NCBI GenBank assembly: GCA_038230855.1
Contig: JBBRML010000004.1
Location: 15,562-79,561 of the forward strand
Direction: 5' to 3'
Source: Fimbriimonadales bacterium
GTDB taxonomy: Bacteria; Armatimonadota; Fimbriimonadia; Fimbriimonadales; Fimbriimonadaceae
DNA length: 64,000 bases
Shown here: positions 18,939-28,509 of the stretch, piece by piece
Position numbering within the stretch: position 1 is the stretch's first letter
Layout of the letters: every line of letters begins with the position of its first letter
Translations under genes and position numbers: made by a program
The notes under the pieces: generated by a model
What the model was told of the DNA's origin: nothing
Databases searched by the model: none
What the model saw: only the letters and a program-made list of their open reading frames with translations

Positions 18939-19709
18939 ATGAGTAGCGAGGAAACCCGTTCTCAACATATACTTGTGGGCAACTCTATGGCACGCATCAA
19001 GCGAAGCTCTGACGTAAAAGAAGTTCACGGTGAGTACGCTTTCGTCTACGGGATCATCGGCCTTCTCGCAATAGTCGGCGGTGGAATTCTGATGTACTAC
19101 CGAGGGGACGGCGTGCTTATCGGATTCTCGATTGTCGCCATCGCCGCCGGAGGTTGCGGCATCTTTTACTCCGGCTACCAAATGACTCGGGTGAAGAAGG
19201 TTCCGGAAGTACACGTGATCTGCCCGTACTGTGCTTTCTCAAATGCCCTCGTGTCTGCGCCGGTTGACGATTTCGCGTGCACGGGGTGCAACCGCCTGAT
19301 CCCGCTGGTTGACGGAGCAATCGTTCCCGTTCACCAAGTGCGTTGCGGTTTTTGCAATGCGCTCAACTATTACAGTGAGAAGACGGAAGTGCTCCTCTGC
19401 GAAGAATGCAATCGTGAAGTTCCGATCGCCCAAGCAGACGACATGCGGCCGCAGAGGCACTCTCGCTTCGCCGTCGTGGATGACGAGAAGACTTACGAAT
19501 TGATCCTGTCCGGGTACAGCCCGCACAAAGTCGAGGAACTCATGGAAGCCTTGCAGCATATGCTCGCGCTCAACCGCACTCAGGTCAAGCAAATGCTTGA
19601 GGATTTGCCCGTACCACTCCTTACGGGAATTAACCGCCGCAAGGCAGAAATGTTGCACGCTCAACTCTCCGTTCACGACGCAGAAGCAGAATATCGAGCA
19701 CTGAACTAG
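18939..19709 (+). CDS. Membrane protein with four CxxC motifs and an L7/L12-CTD-like domain
   Basis: Two TMs; CPYC, CTGC, CGFC, CEEC; C-terminus resembling ribosomal L7/L12 CTD. Start may be 18987. Confidence 0.7.
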   Translation: MSSEETRSQHILVGNSMARIKRSSDVKEVHGEYAFVYGIIGLLAIVGGGILMYYRGDGVLIGFSIVAIAAGGCGIFYSGYQMTRVKKVPEVHVICPYCAFSNALVSAPVDDFACTGCNRLIPLVDGAIVPVHQVRCGFCNALNYYSEKTEVLLCEECNREVPIAQADDMRPQRHSRFAVVDDEKTYELILSGYSPHKVEELMEALQHMLALNRTQVKQMLEDLPVPLLTGINRRKAEMLHAQLSVHDAEAEYRALN

Positions 19710-19834
19710 GTTTCAGAGGCTGCGGTGGAACAAACGGACCGTCGAGAGGGATATAATTGCGTGTCACCGTAGCGGCCAAGTGCATTATTTGCACGGAAGC
19801 GTGAAAAGATTCTTAAGAGGTTTTACCACTCGCG

Positions 19835-22800
19835 ATGAATTTTCTTCAGCAAGCGATGCGGCTCGTCACTCGACGCCCATCTTTTCGTGCAATTGGGGCA
19901 ACATTATTTCTTGCCTTGTGTGCGTTATTTCCAACCTTGGCCATGGCCGCGGAAGGCGATAACGTCCATCTAAAGTTCTCACAGTCGGACAAATATGTCC
20001 TCATTGCCTCGTTGGTCCTCGGCATCCTTGCCGTGATCTACGCGTTCACTCTGCGTGCGAAGCTGCTTAAGCATTCGCCCGGCAGCGAAAACATGCAGCG
20101 CGTTGGAAAAGCCATCAAGGATGGCGCGCTTGCCTACTTGCAGCAGCAAGTTCGCATGATGCTCATTTTCGTGGTCGTGCTGTCTGTAGGTCTATTTCTG
20201 CTCTACAACAGCGTTTCGATCGCAGTTTGCTTCATTCTGGGCGTCGCCTCGTCTTACTTGGCTGGCTACGCTGGAATGCTCACCGCCGTCGACGGCAATA
20301 TGCGCACGGCAAATGCCGCCCTAACCAGCTACAAGAAAACGCTGGAGATTGCTTTCAAAAGCGGTGCCGTCGCAGGCATGGTCACGGTCGGACTTGGTCT
20401 GATCGGGGCCTCCGTAATCCTGCTCGTTGCCGGTGAAAACGCAACGACACTGCTAATCGGTTTCGGTTTCGGTGGTTCGCTCGCCGCACTCTTCATGCGT
20501 GTCGGCGGTGGCATTTTCACCAAAGCAGCTGATGTAGGCGCTGACCTCGTAGGTAAGGTTGAGGCCGGAATTCCTGAGGACGACCCCCGCAACCCGGCGA
20601 CGATCGCCGACAACGTTGGCGACAACGTTGGAGACTGCGCTGGTATGGCCGCGGACGTTTTTGAGAGCTACGAAGTAACTCTCGTCGCCGCAATCGTCTT
20701 GGGTGCGGCAACCGCGTCCATCTTCGATCAGCAGACGTGGACGCGACTAGTCGTCTTCGCGCTTGCCGCTCGCGGTATCGGAATTATTGCTTCCGTGATC
20801 GGCATTGAGTCTGTTCGAGGTGACGATGACGTTAACGTTGATCCGCTCAAGAACATCCGCAAAGGTTTCTACCTTTCCGCAGTCATTGCGGCAGTCGCGA
20901 CCGCAGTCCTTGCGTTCGTCTTCATGGGAGGCAACGGAAAGAGTCCGATTGTCACTTCCCAGTTCAAGGCGCTGCAGACCATAACCGAAGAGCAGCGAAA
21001 GGAAGCACAGGCATTCAAGTCAAAGATCAAGGTTGACCGACCGTCGATCACTGACGATGAAATCACAACTGAGTTTCAAAAGTCGAAGTACGCGACTGAG
21101 AATTCACTCAGCGACTCCACTGCCAAGCAGGCAGTAGACACTTTCATGGCCTCGGACGAAGAAGATCTCCGCGCCGCCACGATAAGCAAAGAGTACAAGC
21201 CGGTTGACATCAACAGCAACGACGAAGTGCTCAAGTACACGACGACTTCCGGCAAGCTGTACCGCGACCCGGCGAAGCCGGCGGACCCTGAATTGATGTC
21301 TCTCAAAGAGGCCTTCCAGCCGGGTCGACTTCGACTGTTCCAAGTTGAAGTAACCCCAGCTAAGGCGGCCGACCCGAAGGCACCGCCTCCTGTCACGCAG
21401 AAGCCTTGGCTTGGGCCAACAACTCTGGAAAGCATTCAAGAGTTCATTTCAAAGAATGGCTTCGGAGTCGGCAGCAACGCCAAACTGCTGACCCCAGATG
21501 GATTGTTAGTCACCTTATACGAGAAGTCAGCTGACAAGATCGCGATTGGCGTGAAAGGCTTTACCGGGAACATCGCTGAACTTCAGCGAATACAGCTCCC
21601 AGTCGCAAAAGAAGATGTTGCAACCGTAACCAAGTTGATCAAATCGCCGCCAGCAGACGGGAAGCCGGGCATTAAGCCCGTGCCGGTACTGGTTGGAGAG
21701 ACGAACGCAAATGCCGTTCCATGGTATTCGTTCGCGATTGCAATCGTCTTCGGAATCTTCCTCGCCTTCGTCATCGAATACCTGACCGACTACTACGTGT
21801 CGACCCACAAGAAGCCGACACAGGAAGTTGCCGGTGTGGCGTCCGCAGGACCGGCGCCGATGATCATTCAAGGCTTTGCCTACGCTTGCGAGTCGAGCGT
21901 ATTCATGGTCTTCGCGATCGTCTTTGCACTCTGCGTTCCGCTATTCTTGTTCAATCCGACCACCTACGGTCTGATCTTGAGCTTCTACGGCATCGCGCTC
22001 GTCGGTCTGGGCTTGCTGACGACGACGGGTTACGTGCTCGCAATGGATACGTTTGGCCCGATCTCGGACAATGCTCAAGGCGTGTTCGAGATGAGCGGTG
22101 ACGGTCATGGCAACGAGTACGGCTCCAAGGCCGTCCAGCGGCTTGATGCCGCTGGCAATACGACCAAGGCTCTCACAAAGGGCTTTGCAATCGCCACTGC
22201 GGTTGTCGCGGCCGTTGCCCTGTTCCACTCGTACCTAGAAAGCGCCAAACTTGAGGCCATCGGACTCCGGCTGGATATTCCGGAAATCTTCCTTGGATTG
22301 CTCATCGGAGCTGCCGCACCATATCTCTTCTCGGCATTCGCGATCAACGCGGTTGGTCGAGCGGCTTTCGAGCTCATTAATGAAGTCCGTCGGCAGTTCC
22401 GAACGGACCCGGGAATCATGAAGGGCACCAGCCTGCCCGATTACGGCCGGTGCGTGGCAATCGTCACCAAGGCCGCCCAGAAGGAACTCCTCGGGCCGGC
22501 AATTCTCGCGATTGCACTGCCAATGGCGGTTGCCTTTGGCTTCTCGATCGGCAAGCCACAGACGGTTATTGGCGGCCATAGCTACAACTTAGTCGGCGCT
22601 CAAGCGCTTGGTGGATTCCTGGCAGGAGCAATCGCTTCAGGTCAGTTGCTCGCCGTTCTACTCGCCAATTCAGGCGGTATGTGGGACAACGCGAAGAAGC
22701 TCATTGAAGACGGCTTGCACGGCGGTAAGGGCACAGAAGCTCACAAGGCTGGCATCGTGTGCGATACGGTCGGTGACCCATTCAAGGACACCGCTGGTCC

Positions 22801-23131
22801 GGCTCTGAACCCGCTAATCAAGGTCATGAACCTTGTCGCTCTGTTGCTCGCGGTCAAGGTGATTCAGCCTTACCCGGACAACGTGCTCATCACAATCACT
22901 GTCGTTTGTGTTGCTGCACTCATCGGCTCGATCTACATGTCCAAGAAGGGTTCCCTCTCCTCGGAAATGCAGAAAGCGACGGGAGACGGAGGCGCGGCAG
23001 CAATGGCCGCTGCCGCCGCGACTTCCTACAGCGCTACAGGACACGAACCGGTCCTGACCGAAGCGCCCGTGCCAAAGCAGACTCTCACGGTTGAGTCGCT
23101 TACGCAAGAGCCAACAGACCCAGAAGCCTAA
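19835..23131 (+). CDS. hppA: Membrane H+-translocating pyrophosphatase (K+-independent type) with large insertion
   Basis: DVGADLVGKVE, DNVGDNVGD, GPISDNAQG, GNTTKA, DTVGDPFKDTAGP; TATAAT at 19752-19757. Confidence 0.93.
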   Translation: MNFLQQAMRLVTRRPSFRAIGATLFLALCALFPTLAMAAEGDNVHLKFSQSDKYVLIASLVLGILAVIYAFTLRAKLLKHSPGSENMQRVGKAIKDGALAYLQQQVRMMLIFVVVLSVGLFLLYNSVSIAVCFILGVASSYLAGYAGMLTAVDGNMRTANAALTSYKKTLEIAFKSGAVAGMVTVGLGLIGASVILLVAGENATTLLIGFGFGGSLAALFMRVGGGIFTKAADVGADLVGKVEAGIPEDDPRNPATIADNVGDNVGDCAGMAADVFESYEVTLVAAIVLGAATASIFDQQTWTRLVVFALAARGIGIIASVIGIESVRGDDDVNVDPLKNIRKGFYLSAVIAAVATAVLAFVFMGGNGKSPIVTSQFKALQTITEEQRKEAQAFKSKIKVDRPSITDDEITTEFQKSKYATENSLSDSTAKQAVDTFMASDEEDLRAATISKEYKPVDINSNDEVLKYTTTSGKLYRDPAKPADPELMSLKEAFQPGRLRLFQVEVTPAKAADPKAPPPVTQKPWLGPTTLESIQEFISKNGFGVGSNAKLLTPDGLLVTLYEKSADKIAIGVKGFTGNIAELQRIQLPVAKEDVATVTKLIKSPPADGKPGIKPVPVLVGETNANAVPWYSFAIAIVFGIFLAFVIEYLTDYYVSTHKKPTQEVAGVASAGPAPMIIQGFAYACESSVFMVFAIVFALCVPLFLFNPTTYGLILSFYGIALVGLGLLTTTGYVLAMDTFGPISDNAQGVFEMSGDGHGNEYGSKAVQRLDAAGNTTKALTKGFAIATAVVAAVALFHSYLESAKLEAIGLRLDIPEIFLGLLIGAAAPYLFSAFAINAVGRAAFELINEVRRQFRTDPGIMKGTSLPDYGRCVAIVTKAAQKELLGPAILAIALPMAVAFGFSIGKPQTVIGGHSYNLVGAQALGGFLAGAIASGQLLAVLLANSGGMWDNAKKLIEDGLHGGKGTEAHKAGIVCDTVGDPFKDTAGPALNPLIKVMNLVALLLAVKVIQPYPDNVLITITVVCVAALIGSIYMSKKGSLSSEMQKATGDGGAAAMAAAAATSYSATGHEPVLTEAPVPKQTLTVESLTQEPTDPEA

Positions 23132-23154
23132 GTTTCAATTAGGCGCTGCTATTC

Positions 23155-23187
23155 GCCCCCATGCTCAACTGAGCGTGGGGGCTTTCT
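23155..23187 (+). terminator. Intrinsic terminator of hppA
   Basis: GCCCCCATGCTC-AACT-GAGCGTGGGGGC followed by TTTCT. Confidence 0.8.
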
Positions 23188-23379
23188 ATTGGTCCAGTCG
23201 AGCGCTGAGGATTGGCGACGAGTAGCGCGAGGCGGTGACCGTAGTAGGCGAAAGAAAACGATCAGTAATTGCGCGGAGACCCTGTCAAAGGTGGAGCCGA
23301 GCCGGATTTCGGGGTAACGGGCCCGTACACGCAAAAACATTTTCGTTCATGGTGCGCTCAGGAAGGGTAAGGTTTGCAT

Positions 23380-23631
23380 ATGGCCGTAGACAAGGAAGCC
23401 GACAAGCGAGGTCAAAAGACCGCACGGACCGAATTTACAAAGCGCGGCATTGAGCTCCAGCGTGCTGACGTCCGTACGATGCATGGAATCGTCTACGTTC
23501 GCGGAACGGTCACGCGCGCAGCAGGTGCGCACATCGCCGATCTTCGAACCGAAATGGAGCATATCGCGCGTTTGCTGCGACAAAAGCAAGGCATCAAAGA
23601 CGTCGTCCTTGACTGCACCGTCATTGGTTAG
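23380..23631 (+). CDS. Small hypothetical protein, possibly BON-like
   Basis: ATG at 23380, 6 nt after TAAGGT; HGIVYVRGTV resembles a BON strand. Confidence 0.65.
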   Translation: MAVDKEADKRGQKTARTEFTKRGIELQRADVRTMHGIVYVRGTVTRAAGAHIADLRTEMEHIARLLRQKQGIKDVVLDCTVIG

Positions 23632-24497
23632 GCTTCTTCGATGCCGCAGTCAATGAGGACGCGCATCAGCCGCTCCTTGTCGTACTCATCCATGCGATCT
23701 GCACTTGCACGTTCGAGCTCAGATTCTTCTTTGAGACCAGCCTCGAACAGGAACTCGTAGAGGATTCCGTGGTAGAGCGCTTTGTCGGGGTCCAAGTCGC
23801 TCGCGAGACGAATCGCTTTGATCGCCTCCGTGCGACGATTGCACTGCCAAAAAGCGACAGCCGCGCGTTCATAGAGGTAGTCGTCACCCGGTGAAAGTTC
23901 GATTGCCGCCTGGAAGGAGTCGAGGGCCTCGTCAAACCGCCTGAGCTCGACGAGAATGTCGCCGACAAAGTAGTGATAGTAAGCGTCGTCAGGTTTGGCG
24001 ATGACCGCGCGCTGAGCGGACTCAAGCGCGCGCTTGGGGAAGCCAGCATCCCTAAGCGCTTCCGCCAGCTTCAGGTGGCCGTGCGGACTTGTTGGGTCCA
24101 TTTCCACGGCTTTCGCGATGACTTGGATCGCATCACTGAAGCGTCCGTATTGACGGAGGGCATCCGAGATGCCGAACCGTGCCTCCGCGGAAGCTGAGTT
24201 CTGCTCAAGCGCAAGTTGGTATTGACGGTAAGCCTGTGGAACCTGACCCGCGAAAGCGAGAGCGCCAGCAAGATTCAGCCGAGAAGAGACGTCGCTGGAA
24301 TCGCGTTGCTCGACCGCTTTTCGAAAGTATCGGATGGCCGACTCAAAGTTGCCGTCGTTTAGGCTTGCGGTACCGAGCGCATCACTTTCTGCGGCGGTGC
24401 GACCGACTCGGGGCCGAGCTGGCGATTCCTCATCCGTGTCAGGCGAAAGCGGCACGGCGAATAAATTTGCGATGGTTCTAAATGTGGGGTCCGACAT
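23628..24497 (-). CDS. Tetratricopeptide repeat protein
   Basis: Repeated A...Y.KA.E.DP patterns. Confidence 0.9.
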   Translation of the reverse strand: MSDPTFRTIANLFAVPLSPDTDEESPARPRVGRTAAESDALGTASLNDGNFESAIRYFRKAVEQRDSSDVSSRLNLAGALAFAGQVPQAYRQYQLALEQNSASAEARFGISDALRQYGRFSDAIQVIAKAVEMDPTSPHGHLKLAEALRDAGFPKRALESAQRAVIAKPDDAYYHYFVGDILVELRRFDEALDSFQAAIELSPGDDYLYERAAVAFWQCNRRTEAIKAIRLASDLDPDKALYHGILYEFLFEAGLKEESELERASADRMDEYDKERLMRVLIDCGIEEA

Positions 24498-24517
24498 AAG
24501 GCTAACGCCACGATCGC

Positions 24518-26317
24518 TTAGCGATTCTTTGAGATTGGGCGTAGTGTCATTGTGACAGGATAACTTCCGCCAGAGATCGGCACGGTCAGAATCGAAGATT
24601 TCACCGTCGCACCGGCGGGGATCGAGAACCTTACGATCCGCGACGTGTCCTTTGGCCCCAGGTACGGCGCGCAGTATGTCTTGCCGTCAACAATAAACAG
24701 CCCGGTCGTGTACCCAGACGAACTCTCCAGAATCAATTCGACTTCTGCTGGGTGATTCGTCGGATTCGAAATCGTCGCCCGGATGGAGTACATGACGCCA
24801 TAGTTGCCATCAAGGTTATTGTGCGAATCGGCCGTAGCAATCGGAGCCTCTCCAAGTCGAATCGTCCCGAATCGGCCACCAACTGAGTATCGACATTCCA
24901 AATCTTTGTATGGATTGGGATAAACATGTACCGACTGCTCACAGGGGGCGCGGTCGAACTCATTTATTGGATGCGCACCGACTTCACGCCAAGGCGTGGA
25001 GGTCAGAATCGCGTTCCGCCACTTTTGCTCCAGCGCTAGCGGCGGCCACACGTCCGTACGGACGGTCAGACCTGTTCCGGATATCACGCGAACACTGCAG
25101 AGTCCGCTTACTGTTTCGCCGGGCGAAAATCGGCGCAGGGACAACGGAAGGGTACTCCGCGGTGGAATCGTAATGACTTCCCCGCTTCCCCAGTAGTTCG
25201 CGGGCAGATACTCAATCGCCGCACGCATGCCAGCTCGGACTGGGTTCTTATCCGGCTTACTGTCCCCAGAAATGATCATCAACTCTATTGCTGCATCTGA
25301 GTTGTTGATTGCCTGCACGCGCATGAGCATTGGTATGGTCGATGCGTTTAGGTGGTGGTAGAGAAGGCGAGCAGACCGACTAGGTTCCAGCGTAGACATG
25401 AAGAGTGGGCCTGGATTCCGCACGCTCTCCGGATCATTCGAATACCACAGAACTTCATCGGTGGCGATCGGCGGCATCACGTTCGTGACCCGAACACGCA
25501 CTTCCCCCGTTGATTCGATGGATTGAAACGCGGACGCATGTACTTCGACAGTAATCGTTCGAGATTGGCCCGCTCCGATAGCGTTCACCGGCCTCAACCG
25601 GAAGTCAATCACACTTCCGTCCTCAGACTTGAGCTGTGTGCGAATCGCGCCCGTGATGGCGCCCTCGACGGTGCCGGCCGTCGCAGGTTGCCCGCAAACG
25701 GTTGCGGTCACAATTTGTGGAAATATTGCGGCAAGCGGTTGCACAACGACGGTTATTGATTGGTCCTCTTCGTTGCCAACGCCGACAGTAATTGCCGTAC
25801 GGCCAGGACTCTCACCCTTGATCCGCAAGCCATAAGGGGTCTTTTCAACGCTAGCAACCGCTCGATTCATCGAATTTGCGGTTACGTACTCGCAAAGGTG
25901 GCCAATTACGCTCACATCGACCCCGCCAGCGACGGCAACTTTGACGAGATCGTCGCCGATTTTCAGAGCGGGCAGGGCCAATGCATGTTTGATTCGAGAC
26001 GCCCAGTCGTTCGCGATCGCCAAACCATTTGCCCCATCCTTAGAATAGACGGTGATTAGGGTCTCGGCACCCAGTACGATCGCTGTCCCACGGGCATCCG
26101 ACCTCACCGAAATCGAGTCGGGCGAGCTCGCAGAAACCAGAATAGCCGCAGCGGTCTTCGCGCGCTCTTCGGGGAGGGGTACGTCTACACTTGGACGAAA
26201 TCGCACCACGGGTAAGCCGTTTACGACTAAAACCCCGCCATCCGTGCGCACAGAAGCACCGCGACCGAAGGCTAAACACGAGAGAAAGGCGAGGACGATC
26301 AGGGCAAGGCTTCGCAT
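24518..26317 (-). CDS. Large secreted hypothetical protein (Ig-like segment plus DUF3370-like C-terminal region)
   Basis: Signal peptide; VASVE...IKGESPGRTAITV; YSNDPE...RLLYHHLN; GNYGVMY. Confidence 0.6.
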   Translation of the reverse strand: MRSLALIVLAFLSCLAFGRGASVRTDGGVLVVNGLPVVRFRPSVDVPLPEERAKTAAAILVSASSPDSISVRSDARGTAIVLGAETLITVYSKDGANGLAIANDWASRIKHALALPALKIGDDLVKVAVAGGVDVSVIGHLCEYVTANSMNRAVASVEKTPYGLRIKGESPGRTAITVGVGNEEDQSITVVVQPLAAIFPQIVTATVCGQPATAGTVEGAITGAIRTQLKSEDGSVIDFRLRPVNAIGAGQSRTITVEVHASAFQSIESTGEVRVRVTNVMPPIATDEVLWYSNDPESVRNPGPLFMSTLEPSRSARLLYHHLNASTIPMLMRVQAINNSDAAIELMIISGDSKPDKNPVRAGMRAAIEYLPANYWGSGEVITIPPRSTLPLSLRRFSPGETVSGLCSVRVISGTGLTVRTDVWPPLALEQKWRNAILTSTPWREVGAHPINEFDRAPCEQSVHVYPNPYKDLECRYSVGGRFGTIRLGEAPIATADSHNNLDGNYGVMYSIRATISNPTNHPAEVELILESSSGYTTGLFIVDGKTYCAPYLGPKDTSRIVRFSIPAGATVKSSILTVPISGGSYPVTMTLRPISKNR

Positions 26318-26367
26318 CGCGAGTAAACAGGTTACCCCGAGGCCGACTGGTACACTTTCTACAAAAT

Positions 26368-27864
26368 ATGCAACCTGTTTACGCCCGAAATTACATCAAT
26401 GGTGAGTGGGTCGACAGTTCGGACCGCTTCGAAAGTTTGAACCCGGCCGACGAGCGCGTGGTGATCGGTTCGGCCCCGTCCAGCGGAGCCAAAGAAGTCA
26501 CCGACGCGGTGGCGGCCGCCAAGCACGCCTTCGAGACGTGGCGAGACCTGAGTTGGGTTAAGCGAGCGGAATACGTGGACGCGTTTGCTCAACTGCTCAA
26601 GCGCGACCTCACGGAGATTAGTGAGCTCGTAACTCGAGAGTGTGGCAAAGCAATCAATGAAGGCCGCGCTGATGCCGTGGAAGCTCTTCACATGGCCCAA
26701 TACGTCGCTGGTCTCGGCCGGCTGCCTATTGGCTATGCAATCAGCTCCGAGATATCGGCCAAGGACGCGTACATTCTTCGACGTCCGAAGGGCGTCGTCG
26801 CGTGCATCACGCCGTGGAATTTTCCGTCGGCGATTCCCCTCTGGGTAATCCTGCCAGCGGTCCTCGCGGGCAATACCGTGGTTTTCAAGCCAGCCGAGCA
26901 GACTCCGATCTGCGGTCACAAGCTCATGGAACTTTTGCATGAGGCCGGATTCCCCGCAGGTGTGATCAACTTGGTGCACGGCTTCGGAGAGACCTGCGGT
27001 GACCCGCTCGTCAAGCACAAAGACGTATCCACAATTCTGTTCACGGGCTCACGGGCCGTCGGAAAATACATTCAGCAAGTCGCGGCGAACGACGCGTTCA
27101 AATTTGCGGCAACCGAGATGGGCGGGAAGAACGCGACAATCGTGCTCGACGACGCTGATCTCGAACTCGCGGTCTCAGCTTGCGTTCTTGGAGCATTCAA
27201 GACCACCGGACAACGGTGCGTCAGCACGAGCCGAATCATCATCGACAAAAAGATTGAGCCGGAGTTCACGAAGCGTTACGTGGAGAGAGTCAAACGCATG
27301 CGCATTGGCAATGGCATTGCAGAGGACACTTTCATGGGACCCCTCATCGAGGCGGGCAGCATCGAGAAGTGGCAGCAACACAATGCCAAGGCAAAGGAAG
27401 AGGGCGCCGAAGTCCTGATCGATGGCGGTCGTCTCACGGACGGGGCGCTTGCCCATGGTCACTTTGTTTCACCGTTCGTGTATCGATTTGAGAGCTACAA
27501 GCGAGAAACTTTCTGCCTTCGGGAAGAAGCGTTCAGCCCGCATGTTGCGATTATCGGAGTTGACGGTGTCGAAGAGGCGGTAGACGTCTACAACGACACC
27601 GACTATGGCCTCGCGATGGCGGTCATAACGGAGGACTACCGAAAGTGGCGCTGGGTGCGCGATCACGCCGAGTACGGCCTTGGATACGTCAACCTACCGA
27701 GCATCGGGGCGGAAGTTCACTTGCCCTTCGGAGGAGTGAAAGCAAGCGGAAACGGCCATCCAGGTGCCGAAGGAATCCTAGAGTCGGTAACCCACAGAGT
27801 CGCCTTCACAGTGAACCACGCACGAGAGATCGTGATGGCGCAGGGCCTCTCGACGAGTGTATGA
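26368..27864 (+). CDS. NAD(P)-dependent aldehyde dehydrogenase
   Basis: ITPWNFP, KPAEQTP, FTGS, EMGGKN, GQRC; ATG at 26368 preferred. Confidence 0.93.
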   Translation: MQPVYARNYINGEWVDSSDRFESLNPADERVVIGSAPSSGAKEVTDAVAAAKHAFETWRDLSWVKRAEYVDAFAQLLKRDLTEISELVTRECGKAINEGRADAVEALHMAQYVAGLGRLPIGYAISSEISAKDAYILRRPKGVVACITPWNFPSAIPLWVILPAVLAGNTVVFKPAEQTPICGHKLMELLHEAGFPAGVINLVHGFGETCGDPLVKHKDVSTILFTGSRAVGKYIQQVAANDAFKFAATEMGGKNATIVLDDADLELAVSACVLGAFKTTGQRCVSTSRIIIDKKIEPEFTKRYVERVKRMRIGNGIAEDTFMGPLIEAGSIEKWQQHNAKAKEEGAEVLIDGGRLTDGALAHGHFVSPFVYRFESYKRETFCLREEAFSPHVAIIGVDGVEEAVDVYNDTDYGLAMAVITEDYRKWRWVRDHAEYGLGYVNLPSIGAEVHLPFGGVKASGNGHPGAEGILESVTHRVAFTVNHAREIVMAQGLSTSV

Positions 27865-28490
27865 CGTTTGACTGCGAGGGCGTTCTGTTCGATCTGGACG
27901 GAACGCTCGTCGATTCGCTCGCGGCGGTCGATTATTCATGGACTCGATTCTGTCAGTTGCATGACCTCGACCCTGAGGTCGTAATTCCCGATATTCACGG
28001 TAAGAAAGCGACAGATTCGATCCGTAGATGGCTACCCAATCTAGATGCTGACGAGCAAAACGTAATTCTCCGAGCTTACGAGGTCGAAGATAGCGCATTG
28101 GTGCGCACGTTCCCCGGTGCTTCCGATTTCTTCTTCTCGATACCCGGCAGCAAACGCCTCATCGTGACCTCTGGGACGCGGGATGTCGCTACGGCGCGGG
28201 CGCACGCGAGCGGGTTGCCAATCGACGCACGAACGGTGACTGGCGATCAGGTGACACGTGGCAAGCCCTTCCCTGATCCGTTCTTATTGGGGGCAGCGCG
28301 ACTTGGCCTCCAGCCAAGCCAGTGCCTCGCATTTGAAGACACGGCGGCCGGCGTGAAGGCGGCTCGCGCCGCGGGTTGCCAAGTGGTCAGCTTCCGATGC
28401 GATGCGGGGGCCGAATCGCGTTTTGACGACTGGGCTCAGCTCAGCACACTCATTCATTCGAAGGGCATCACGATTACGCTAACGACGTGA
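27861..28490 (+). CDS. HAD-IA sugar-phosphatase-like hydrolase
   Basis: LFDLDGTLVDS, VTSG, GKPFPDPF and FEDT motifs; ATGA overlap with the ALDH stop. Confidence 0.9.
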   Translation: MTFDCEGVLFDLDGTLVDSLAAVDYSWTRFCQLHDLDPEVVIPDIHGKKATDSIRRWLPNLDADEQNVILRAYEVEDSALVRTFPGASDFFFSIPGSKRLIVTSGTRDVATARAHASGLPIDARTVTGDQVTRGKPFPDPFLLGAARLGLQPSQCLAFEDTAAGVKAARAAGCQVVSFRCDAGAESRFDDWAQLSTLIHSKGITITLTT

Positions 28491-28509
28491 TGCCCGCATA
28501 CGGTTTGCC

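Noticed and set aside
19760-19800. GCGGCCAAGTG in the hppA leader, loosely recalling the DUF1646 (Na+) riboswitch core
   Set aside because: Only a short resemblance; flanking elements I recall for that motif are absent and the enzyme looks like an H+ pump. An Infernal scan would settle it.
19835-19960. Tat signal (TRRPSF) on HppA
   Set aside because: Poor match to S/T-R-R-x-F-L-K; a polytopic pump is more likely inserted by Sec/YidC.
23188-23365. ~180-bp gap considered as 6S, SRP or RNase P RNA, or as a 63-aa minus-strand ORF
   Set aside because: No long-range pairing or signature motifs found by eye; the ORF has no recognisable features.
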